Of a stretch of 64,000 nt of DNA, positions 17,524-26,276 are shown in pieces. Numbering within the stretch: position 1 is the stretch's first letter; every line of letters starts with the position of its first letter. Made by a program: the position numbers and the translations under genes. The notes beneath the pieces are model-generated. The model was not told where the DNA came from and made no database searches. It saw only the letters and a list, made by a program, of their open reading frames with translations. The DNA lies in IMG/VR virus record IMGVR_UViG_3300000976_000011, positions 77,676 through 141,675 of that record; one strand, written 5' to 3'. This DNA comes from a virus.

Positions 17524-17971
17524 GAAAGTCTGTATTTACCATTCCCTTTTCAGTTAATATAGAAAACTGCCAACCTTTTTTCTTAGCATATATTTTAGCC
17601 GCTTTCCACTTAGCAACATTTATTATATATGTTGTTGCTTTATCCTCCCACTTTTTAGTTTTACGTTTCGGCTTCTTGGGTTGCTGAGTTTGGTCATATG
17701 GCTTAATTTCTACTATAGCTTCTTTAATAATTCCATTCTTATCTCTGAATTTCATATATACATCCATAAAGTACCGGTGAAATTTACCTGTTGTAGGTTT
17801 CTTATAAGGTATCACAACTTCTTCGCTGGACCAAGCAATAACGTTTGGATTTCTATCCATTTTTAAGAAATAGTTCAATTCCCAGCTGCTCCGATATACT
17901 ATTTTTGTATAATCACCTTTATATTTTTTAGGGTTTTTAGGTGTAAATTTACCCTGATGATTAAATAATAT
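17519..17971 (-). CDS. 4: head completion nuclease (T4 gp4-like); start uncertain
   Basis: QGKFTPKNPKKYKGD…IVYRSSWE…WSSEE…HRYFMD…EIKP…NVAKW…ILTE. Confidence 0.9.
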   Translation of the reverse strand: MLFNHQGKFTPKNPKKYKGDYTKIVYRSSWELNYFLKMDRNPNVIAWSSEEVVIPYKKPTTGKFHRYFMDVYMKFRDKNGIIKEAIVEIKPYDQTQQPKKPKRKTKKWEDKATTYIINVAKWKAAKIYAKKKGWQFSILTEKGMVNTDFL

Positions 17972-17972
17972 T

Positions 17973-18458
17973 ATGGATATTGAAGATATTAAAAATAGAG
18001 TCTTTGGACAAGGATTAGCCCGAAGAAATAGATTCCAAGTAGAAATTCCAGGCATTCCTGAGGATTTATTGGCTAGTGAATGTAATCTTCCTGCTTTAAA
18101 TATCAACACAACTCCTAATAGACATTATCCGCCGATGCACCACGTTGCAACTGATATAGTATTTGAAGACTTAGCTATAACTTTTTACGTTGATTCGAAT
18201 TATAACATACGTAAACAATTTCAGCTTTGGATCAATGAAATTATTAATATTCAGGATGGCTCGTGGAATTTCTTTGATGAATATGTAAGAGACATCAACA
18301 TCTCGTTTCAAGATGAAGAGAACGCTGATAAGTTGGAAGTAAAATATATAAATTGCTTTCCGAAGTCTATAGGATCAATCGATAAATCTTATGAATCACA
18401 GAACGAAATACAAACATTTCAAGTAATTTTTTCATATACTCAGTACCAAATACTTTAA
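17973..18458 (+). CDS. 54: baseplate-tail tube initiator (gp54-like)
   Basis: GLARRNRFQVEI…LPA…ITFYVD…FPKSIG gp19-family fold. Confidence 0.8.
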   Translation: MDIEDIKNRVFGQGLARRNRFQVEIPGIPEDLLASECNLPALNINTTPNRHYPPMHHVATDIVFEDLAITFYVDSNYNIRKQFQLWINEIINIQDGSWNFFDEYVRDINISFQDEENADKLEVKYINCFPKSIGSIDKSYESQNEIQTFQVIFSYTQYQIL

Positions 18459-18464
18459 AATTAT

Positions 18465-19217
18465 ATGTCATTAAAAAATATTATTAAACTGCCAACTCGC
18501 AGAGTTCAATTACCTAAAAGTAAAGATATCATTAACGTAAGACCTTTTACTGTTAAAGAGCAAAACACGATACAAATGGGAATGAATTCAGATGATTCAC
18601 ATACCATATCTTCTACATTAAAAAATGTTTTAGAGGCTTGTATATCCGAAGACATTAAAGTAAATGAAATACCTTTGATAGACGTTGAATTCATTTTTCT
18701 TCAATTGTTAAAAATATCTTCAGGTAGATATATAGAAGTTGGTTATAAATGTCTTTCAGAAATGGAAGACGGCTCAGAGTGCGGCTGGCATAATAATGTA
18801 AACTTTGATTTAAATGAAACATCATTTGTTTTCTCAGAGTCTCCCGATAGTAAGAAATTTCAAATAACTGAAGAAGTATATTTAGAGTTTGCTAAAATAA
18901 ATGCTAATGATTTATTTGACTCTTTTGGGTCTATGGCAGTTCAATCAGCTGAACCAAATGGATTAGAAGAAGCAAAAGACAAATATGTTTCATCTCTTAT
19001 TAAGATCTATGATGGCGACGAAGTACACAACACTAAAGATTTTTCTTCCGATGAAGTTTGGGAAGTTATTGAATGGATACCCACTCACGTAATTGAAGAA
19101 ATCGACGAGTTTATAACTGATGTCGATAGAATATCTTTAGTTAAAGAATTTAAATGTCAAAAATGCGGAACAGATCACAAAATAGAACATGAGGGTCTGG
19201 AAGATTTTTTAGTATAA
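18465..19217 (+). CDS. 26: baseplate hub assembly protein (gp26-like)
   Basis: LPK…VRPFTVKE…DVEFIFLQL…two CxxC-type sites…EGLEDF. Confidence 0.85.
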   Translation: MSLKNIIKLPTRRVQLPKSKDIINVRPFTVKEQNTIQMGMNSDDSHTISSTLKNVLEACISEDIKVNEIPLIDVEFIFLQLLKISSGRYIEVGYKCLSEMEDGSECGWHNNVNFDLNETSFVFSESPDSKKFQITEEVYLEFAKINANDLFDSFGSMAVQSAEPNGLEEAKDKYVSSLIKIYDGDEVHNTKDFSSDEVWEVIEWIPTHVIEEIDEFITDVDRISLVKEFKCQKCGTDHKIEHEGLEDFLV

Positions 19218-19241
19218 GCCTCGAAATAGGGGCCGAGTCGA
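19205..19241 (+). promoter_or_regulatory. candidate -1 ribosomal frameshift site with downstream stem
   Basis: T TTT TTA (19205-19211) then GCCTC-GAAATA-GGGGC 6 nt downstream. Confidence 0.7.
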
Positions 19242-19390
19242 TAGAATATTATTATAGAAATAATTGGGAATTGATAAAAGAATCTCACTTCTCATTAAGC
19301 GAATTACAGGATATGTTACCGTTCGAAAGAGAAATATATAAATCTTTATGGACAAAGGAAATGGAAAATAATGCAAGAAACAACCAATGA
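19211..19390 (+). CDS. gp51-like domain with no start codon (-1 frame of gp26)
   Basis: SIEYYYRNNWELIKESHFSLSELQDMLPFEREIY resembles the small gp51-annotated ORF of marine T4-likes. Confidence 0.75.
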   Translation, partial: SISLEIGAESIEYYYRNNWELIKESHFSLSELQDMLPFEREIYKSLWTKEMENNARNNQ

Positions 19391-21365
19391 AATAGAAATT
19401 TTAGATTTAGCTCCAACTATAACTAAAATCAAAGATGCGTTTAGTACATCTTCTGATTCTTTTGCGCGACGCCTTAAGGATTCTCTTATATCTCTAGAAG
19501 GAAAATTAACTGAAAATATTCAGGAATATAAGGGTATTAGAGAAGAAAGAGGATTAGGATCATCTCAAGCATTTGAAGAATATTCAGAAGAATTAAGAGA
19601 TATTATTAATGACTCTAAAGCTGGTAAATCAGTAGATCAAAGAGTTGATCTAGTAGAAAAACTCAAAAAGGATCAAATAGTATTAGAAGAGCTAGCATCT
19701 AATGATGATTCTTCATTTGACTTTAATGAATTAGATGTTCTTAAAGATGTAATGGGTGAATTAATAAAAGAAATCAATCCGAGAAATCTTTCAACCAGAA
19801 TAGGCCAAACTGTAGTAGAATCTGGAAAAGAGTTTGCTTCAGGTCTTGGCGGTGAAATTGTAGGTGCAGTTGGCGATTTACAATCAAATATAATAGGTTT
19901 AGCTGATGAATTTCCTCCTGTACAATTTGCTTTAGAAAAAACAAATCAGTTCCTAAATTTTATTATAGGTAAATTATTTTCATCATTAAAAGCTGGATTT
20001 ACAAGAAGAAGAGAAGCTAAAGTAGAAGCCGATGCTATAAGGCAAAAAGCTAGAGCTCAGAAAGTTACTAAAGAGGCTCCTAAGACTGAAAAAGTTAAAC
20101 CTAGTAGAGTTAAAAGAAATAAAGCTACTAAAGTTCAAGCGACTGAAATGTTAGAAAGATCTGAAATAACTGTTGTTGATATTACAAATAAATCTATCAA
20201 TAAATTATCTAAAGAAATAGCTAAAAAGTTAAATAAAAAAGATAGTGATAGTAATCCTGTTCAAAACGCCTTATTAACTGCTGGTGCTCTAAGAGCAACT
20301 AGAACAGGTAGAAGAAATAAGCCTAAAGCAGGTCCTGGATTACTTGCTAGAATATTACCTATGTTAGGTATTATTGTTACTGTCGCGGCTTCAGCTTTCG
20401 GAATAATTACAACTCTTTTAGGTTCTGCTGTTGGATTATTAACATCTTTAGTTTCTGCTTTATTAGGTGGAAGATTATTTAAAATGTTAGTAGGTTTAGG
20501 TTCTAAAATATTTAAATTAGGACCTAAAATTGTTACTGGAATAGGAGCTAAATTAGGAGCCCTTTCTGCTATATTTAAAACTGGATTATCAGCTTTAGCT
20601 ACAAAATTACCTGCTTCTATAAAAGGTTTATTTGGTAAAGGTCCTGGAGCTGCAGCAAAAGCTGCTTCGGTTGGTACTAAAGCTGCGGCCGCAGGCGGAG
20701 CAGCTGCCACTCTTGGTAAAGTTGCTAAAGGTGGAACAAAACTATTAAGTGTTGTGGGCAGAGTGGCTTCTAAAGCCTTGATTCCTCTAACGATTGCTGG
20801 ATCAATAGGTACTGCTGCTTATAGAGGATATAAGGCATACCAAGCGGGCGGCGATGCAGGTGAAGTAGCTGCTGCAGCAGGTAAAGGAGCACTTTCGTTT
20901 GCGACAGCTGGAGCCAGCGATTTAGTATTCGATGGTGACGATGTCAGTGAGGTTAATAAAAACGATAAAAAAATTAAAGATGAACGCGAAGCTAAAATAA
21001 TTCGTCTTCAAAGACAAAAAGAAGTATTTGGTGAAATCAAACCATTGAAACGTACTAAAAGGATCGAAGGAATTAATTCAGATAAAAGAGTACAAATTGA
21101 TTCTGTTGATGATTTGAGCATTAATTATAATAATTTATCACAACCTATTATGTCGTCAAATAAGATGGAAGACATAAATCGAATGGATAGTGCTATTAAT
21201 AACAGAAGAGATCAGGTTATTAAAAACGCCGGAGCTAATAACCTGTCGTCAAAAACTATGATAAATAATAATAATGTAACCAACTCAACATATATAAATA
21301 GAGTAACTCCTGAAAATCATGAAACAAGTTATATTGAAAAAACTAGAGAAGGTTTCGCTGCATAA
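19371..21365 (+). CDS. tape measure / baseplate hub protein (gp29-like)
   Basis: 664 aa; helical N-terminus, Gly/Ala-rich amphipathic centre, NNNNVTN tail; between gp26/51 and gp25. Confidence 0.7.
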   Translation: MQETTNEIEILDLAPTITKIKDAFSTSSDSFARRLKDSLISLEGKLTENIQEYKGIREERGLGSSQAFEEYSEELRDIINDSKAGKSVDQRVDLVEKLKKDQIVLEELASNDDSSFDFNELDVLKDVMGELIKEINPRNLSTRIGQTVVESGKEFASGLGGEIVGAVGDLQSNIIGLADEFPPVQFALEKTNQFLNFIIGKLFSSLKAGFTRRREAKVEADAIRQKARAQKVTKEAPKTEKVKPSRVKRNKATKVQATEMLERSEITVVDITNKSINKLSKEIAKKLNKKDSDSNPVQNALLTAGALRATRTGRRNKPKAGPGLLARILPMLGIIVTVAASAFGIITTLLGSAVGLLTSLVSALLGGRLFKMLVGLGSKIFKLGPKIVTGIGAKLGALSAIFKTGLSALATKLPASIKGLFGKGPGAAAKAASVGTKAAAAGGAAATLGKVAKGGTKLLSVVGRVASKALIPLTIAGSIGTAAYRGYKAYQAGGDAGEVAAAAGKGALSFATAGASDLVFDGDDVSEVNKNDKKIKDEREAKIIRLQRQKEVFGEIKPLKRTKRIEGINSDKRVQIDSVDDLSINYNNLSQPIMSSNKMEDINRMDSAINNRRDQVIKNAGANNLSSKTMINNNNVTNSTYINRVTPENHETSYIEKTREGFAA

Positions 21366-21739
21366 TGACAGACTTTAATATAAATTTTGATGCTCATCCA
21401 GTTACTGGAGATATTTCTATAGTCGATGATATAGAATCTATACGTCAATCGATAAGAAATTTAATTCAAACGGCTTTTTATGAAGTTCCTTTTTGGCCTA
21501 ATATAGGTTCTCAAATAGCTAATGCTTTATTTGAGAACTATTCACAAACTTTAACTGAATACACGATAACAAAATCTATTCAAAATGTTATTAGATATCA
21601 AGAACCAAGAGCTCGAGACGTCAGAATTGAAGTAGATTTTAGAGCCGGAAACAGAGAAATAGATGTTATAGTTACATTTTTCCCTGTTAATTCTTCTACT
21701 AGACAAACAGTAAGAGCACCACTACAAAGAGTAAGATAA
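21365..21739 (+). CDS. 25: baseplate wedge subunit gp25
   Basis: HPVTGDI…SIRQSIRNLIQT…EVPF.P.IGS…LFE…EPR. Confidence 0.92.
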   Translation: MTDFNINFDAHPVTGDISIVDDIESIRQSIRNLIQTAFYEVPFWPNIGSQIANALFENYSQTLTEYTITKSIQNVIRYQEPRARDVRIEVDFRAGNREIDVIVTFFPVNSSTRQTVRAPLQRVR

Positions 21740-23472
21740 TGGCAAGAGAATTTAATGTTTCTGATTTAGACTATGATCAAATCAGAAACAACCTAAAAAT
21801 ATTTTTAGAAAATCAATCAGAACTTTCTGATTATAATTTTAATGGATCAGTTTTATCTAAATTGGTTGATTTTATGGCTTATGGTGCGCACTATAATGGT
21901 GTATATGCGAATCAAGCTATTAATGAAACATTCCTAGACACAGCGTTAATTAGATCTTCGGTAGTATCTAGAGCAAAAGAATTAGGCTATATTCCTAGAC
22001 AATATACTGCAGCATTTGTTGAAGTTACTATATCAGTTATTGTACCTATAGGTGATCCTAGAACTGTATTTGAAATTCCTAAAGGTATAACATTTAATGG
22101 TGAACGAGATGGTAAAAATGTACCTTTTGTCACAACAGAACAATTTGTTTTAGATAATAAGATAGATAATACATTCTCAGGAGTTATTACACTCAGACAA
22201 GGTAATTATGTAAAAGATTCATTTGTATTTAATTCAACGGAGGTTAATCCTCTTTTTGAGGCAACGCCAGAATTAATAGATACTGAATTTACTCAAGTTG
22301 AAATATTACCTTTTGTTGGTTCCGCATCAAAGGAAATTTTTACAACATCTACTAGCATAGTTGAAATATCTTCAGATACTCCAGTATTCTTTTGGCAAGA
22401 AAGCATTAACGGCGACGTTCAGTTTTATTTTGGTGATGGCGTAATAGGTCGCTCCCTAGATAATGGTAATGAAATATGTATAACAACTTTAGCGACCACA
22501 GGTTCTGAAGGTAATAATGTAAATTCTTTTAATGTTGCTGAAAATATTAATGATATTAATAGATCAAATATTTCTATTACTCAAAGTAATGTTTCTAGAG
22601 GTGGTTCTAATAGAGAATCAATTGAAAGCATTAGAAATTTAGCACCTAGATTATTCTCAGTTCAGGATAGATTAGTCACTTTAGAAGATTATAAAGCTTA
22701 TATAACTAAAAACTTTGGCAACATACAATCTCTAGCAGTATGGTCTGGTGATGAAAATGTTCCGCCGTTTTTTGGAAGAGTTTTCATGTCAATAAAGCCT
22801 GATAATTCAGATACTCTATCGAATTTTGAAAAAGATAAAATTTTAAGAGGAATAGCCGATAAAATAGTTACAGGAATATCAGTTAGAATTGTTGATCCTG
22901 AGTTATTGTTTGTTAACGTTAATAGCACTGTTACGTATGATAGAACACAAACTAACTTTTTTGCTGAACAATTTGAAAATATCGTGACTCAATCTATAGA
23001 AGATTTTTTCGATGATAATATTAATGATTTAGGTAATGATTTAATTTATTCAAGACTAGTTTCAAATATAGATAATTCAAATGACGCTATTGTAGGAAAT
23101 CTAACTAGTATTTCATTAAGCAAAAAATTTATTCCTAATTCATTAGGAACAACATACGTTTTTGATTTTGTAAATCCATTACAACCATTATCTTTTAATA
23201 GTAATGTTTGGACTGATGGATTTAACTCTTTTCGCCTAATAGAAAATCAATCAGGTATAATAGATTTATATAGAGATAATATTTTACTTAACTCTGAAGT
23301 AGGAACAATCAATCATGATACTGGATTAATTGAATTTAGAAACTTTAATCCTAGCATAAATATAAATGAACAAATTACACTAAATGTTAATCCTTTAACA
23401 AATGATATAACATCTCTTAGAAATAATATTTTAGTAAGAGATAATATTTTAGTATCAGTGATCGAGCGATAA
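21739..23472 (+). CDS. 6: baseplate wedge subunit gp6
   Basis: LDYDQIRNNLK…DYNFNGS…ETFLDTA..RSSVVSRAKELGY…FGDG…ESIESIR…QDRLVT.EDY. Confidence 0.95.
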   Translation: MAREFNVSDLDYDQIRNNLKIFLENQSELSDYNFNGSVLSKLVDFMAYGAHYNGVYANQAINETFLDTALIRSSVVSRAKELGYIPRQYTAAFVEVTISVIVPIGDPRTVFEIPKGITFNGERDGKNVPFVTTEQFVLDNKIDNTFSGVITLRQGNYVKDSFVFNSTEVNPLFEATPELIDTEFTQVEILPFVGSASKEIFTTSTSIVEISSDTPVFFWQESINGDVQFYFGDGVIGRSLDNGNEICITTLATTGSEGNNVNSFNVAENINDINRSNISITQSNVSRGGSNRESIESIRNLAPRLFSVQDRLVTLEDYKAYITKNFGNIQSLAVWSGDENVPPFFGRVFMSIKPDNSDTLSNFEKDKILRGIADKIVTGISVRIVDPELLFVNVNSTVTYDRTQTNFFAEQFENIVTQSIEDFFDDNINDLGNDLIYSRLVSNIDNSNDAIVGNLTSISLSKKFIPNSLGTTYVFDFVNPLQPLSFNSNVWTDGFNSFRLIENQSGIIDLYRDNILLNSEVGTINHDTGLIEFRNFNPSININEQITLNVNPLTNDITSLRNNILVRDNILVSVIER

Positions 23473-25385
23473 TGTCAGATAAAAAAATAAGCTTATTTGT
23501 AAATCAATTTATTCCTAATTTTATAGTTAGGGAGCACCCTAAGCTTGTAATGTTCTTAAAGAAATTTTTAGAATATACAGAAAGATATAATGAAGTCATT
23601 ATATTTGATATTTTAAATATATATGAGGGCGATTATGATCCTGAACAAAATGGATTATTCTATCAAGGTCAATATATAAATATAGACTTTTTAGATACTG
23701 AAGTTGATAGAATATTAGATCTAAAGGGTAACTTAATCAAGGGTGAAACTAGTGGCGCTATATATTTAGTTGAAGACGTAGTATTTTCTACATTAGATGG
23801 CAAATATATTTTAAAAGCTAGAGCAAACGCTGGAACATTTTTATTAGAAGGTGAAAAAGTTGCACAGGTTGATATTGGCGAATATACCAGAATATCTAAT
23901 TTGATTTTATATAGAGATATTGATGAAACTATTGAAGAATTTATAAGTCTACATACCACAGAATATCTATTTGGTATTTCTTCTAATATTTCAACAGATA
24001 TTAAAAATCTTATTAAAAATATTAGACAATTCTATCGATCTAAAGGAACTGAACAATCATTTAAATTTTTATTTAGAGCAATATTTAATGCAGAAGTAGA
24101 ATTTTATTATCCTAGAGATGATATTCTTAGGGTTTCAGATGGCAAATGGTTTCAACCATACTTTTTACAGCTTGTTGATGATTCAAATATAAATGATTTT
24201 AGAAATTTAAGCATTAGAGGAACTACATCAAATACTAGAGCTGACGTCGAGAGAATCGTATTAGACTTTAGCAATGACTCTGTTCCAGATGTTCCTATTG
24301 ATGTTCCATTAGGAACAGGAACTCAAGTAAGTCCTACTGAAGTATCATATGCTGATATAGATGGTAATGGAACAAGTATGACTATTACTATTACTGGTAA
24401 CGGCGATACACTTCAACTTGTTGCGGATGGGGTTATAATAAATGGTTTTAGCGGATCTGATGTAGTAACAGTAACATTAAGTGCTGGTGAATTTTCAACA
24501 CTTAGTTTTACTAATGAGGGCCAAACTGTTGATGTTTTTAATTTTACTCCTGTGTTACAAAATGAACAATTTCCAAATGGTTCAGGTTTTGTCAACGGAG
24601 CTGGCGGTTTTCAATTAGCAACAAATGGATCTATAAATGCTGAATTAAGTATTCCTGGTCCTACTTTTTCTTTCGATCATTCTGGTTCTCCAGGTAGCGG
24701 ATTGAAAATAACAACAGTAAGTGCTGAAAATACTGGAGGCTCTGGAGGCGGAGCTGGTTCAGGTGGCGGCAGCTCTTCTAATGATCCGCCGATGTTAGAG
24801 GTTACTATTAAAGAGGGTGAGTTAATTGAAGGAGAAACTATTGTTGATGTTAATTCCAATAGTTCTATTTCAGGTGTAATTCAAACTATAACAGAAAAAC
24901 CTGGTAGATGGCTTAATAATGATGGAAGATTATCATCAGATAAAGTATTACAAGATAATTTTTTCTATCAAGATTTTTCATATGTCTTAAGAACTGAAGT
25001 ATCTATAGCGCTATTTGAAGATTTAGTTAAAAAATTAATACATCCTGCAGGCTTATTATTGTTTGGTGAATTTGTTGCTGCTGATGAAGTGATATTAGAA
25101 GTCAATATTACAATTTTTAATTCTACTATTGTAATAAATACAGAAACTGAAATATTAGAAGTAAATTTAACTCAAGAAAATTCAGCAAATATATTACAAG
25201 AATTAGCTTCAGAATTCTTTGATACTACATATAGAAAAATAGATGAAAATAAAGAAGATTATCCATGGGCTCAATTGTTCGATACTATTGAACAGTTTGA
25301 TAATGTTGATTTAGCACCATTTGAAGATAATCCAGATGATCCTGCGTATTTAGTTCCAGAATCTACTCTAATAATAAATAATTAA
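23472..25385 (+). CDS. 7: baseplate wedge initiator (gp7-like) with inserted Gly-rich domain
   Basis: QFIPNFI…FYRSKGTEQSFKFLFR…SDGKW…LQDNFFYQDFSYV…HPAG. Confidence 0.8.
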   Translation: MSDKKISLFVNQFIPNFIVREHPKLVMFLKKFLEYTERYNEVIIFDILNIYEGDYDPEQNGLFYQGQYINIDFLDTEVDRILDLKGNLIKGETSGAIYLVEDVVFSTLDGKYILKARANAGTFLLEGEKVAQVDIGEYTRISNLILYRDIDETIEEFISLHTTEYLFGISSNISTDIKNLIKNIRQFYRSKGTEQSFKFLFRAIFNAEVEFYYPRDDILRVSDGKWFQPYFLQLVDDSNINDFRNLSIRGTTSNTRADVERIVLDFSNDSVPDVPIDVPLGTGTQVSPTEVSYADIDGNGTSMTITITGNGDTLQLVADGVIINGFSGSDVVTVTLSAGEFSTLSFTNEGQTVDVFNFTPVLQNEQFPNGSGFVNGAGGFQLATNGSINAELSIPGPTFSFDHSGSPGSGLKITTVSAENTGGSGGGAGSGGGSSSNDPPMLEVTIKEGELIEGETIVDVNSNSSISGVIQTITEKPGRWLNNDGRLSSDKVLQDNFFYQDFSYVLRTEVSIALFEDLVKKLIHPAGLLLFGEFVAADEVILEVNITIFNSTIVINTETEILEVNLTQENSANILQELASEFFDTTYRKIDENKEDYPWAQLFDTIEQFDNVDLAPFEDNPDDPAYLVPESTLIINN

Positions 25386-25407
25386 ATAAACTCAAAAGAA
25401 TAAAATT

Positions 25408-26217
25408 ATGGCAACAGTTATACTACAAGATCATAGATCTTTATATTTAGAAAATATATTAAATACATTTATTGGTTCGACTCCTAGAAATTTATATCTG
25501 GGAATTGGTCGAGTAGCATCTTGGCCAAATGAAGCATCGCCACCTATACCTGTAAATACAATAGATGAAAAATCAGATTTCTTTAATGATATTATTGCTG
25601 CTCAATTAGTTACGCAAGCTAATATAGCGGCAGTTGTCAGAAGAATAGATTGGTCTGTAGGAGCTAGTTTTGATTTATTTGACGATGATTCTGATGCATC
25701 TTTTACTACAAATTTTTATGTTAAAAATTCAGAAAATAATGTCTATAAGGTAGAAACTAAAATTCCTGGTTCAGTCACGGTTAATGAACCATTAGGAACA
25801 GGCAACGGCGCACCTATAGATACAGCTGACGGCTATACTTGGTCATTTCTTTATAATATTGAAGGAACACTTGAAGCTCTAATAACAAATAACTGGATGC
25901 CAGTAACATATGATTCAACAGTAACTACTGAGCAAACTGCTGATGGCGACCCAATGGCTTTTAGAACACTAGGAACTAATCATATGATTATACAAAGTCA
26001 AGTATCTGATCCAGTTATATCAGAATCTATAGTTTATAGACAGTTGGCTTTGTTAGTTGATATAACAAATAATTCTGATGTTCTATTAACTGGTTCCGCA
26101 GAATTAGCTGCTAACATAAAAAATTCTGGATATATGTTACATATTGAAAATAGAAAGCCGATTGCTAGAGATGCGGGCCAAACAGAAACTTTCCAAACAA
26201 TTTTAAAGATATTTTAA
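25408..26217 (+). CDS. 8: baseplate wedge subunit gp8
   Basis: LYLGIGR…RRIDW…NVYK…DGYTWSFLY…WMPV…ENRKPIAR..QTE. Confidence 0.9.
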   Translation: MATVILQDHRSLYLENILNTFIGSTPRNLYLGIGRVASWPNEASPPIPVNTIDEKSDFFNDIIAAQLVTQANIAAVVRRIDWSVGASFDLFDDDSDASFTTNFYVKNSENNVYKVETKIPGSVTVNEPLGTGNGAPIDTADGYTWSFLYNIEGTLEALITNNWMPVTYDSTVTTEQTADGDPMAFRTLGTNHMIIQSQVSDPVISESIVYRQLALLVDITNNSDVLLTGSAELAANIKNSGYMLHIENRKPIARDAGQTETFQTILKIF

Positions 26218-26276
26218 TATCAGACTGGTGATATAAATATTAAAAAGAAATGAAATCTATATAACGCTGGTAATAA

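Noticed and set aside
18055-18109. Track start of gp4 at 18109
   Set aside because: Lies deep inside gp54 on the opposite strand with no gp4-like sequence; see the finding on the gp4 start.
20261-20710. Antisense and alternate-frame ORFs in the track (e.g. 220, 2794, 3274, 7866, 11249, 20261, 29315, 55080, 58376, 59551)
   Set aside because: They overlap well-supported genes, lack recognisable motifs, and are explained by codon bias.
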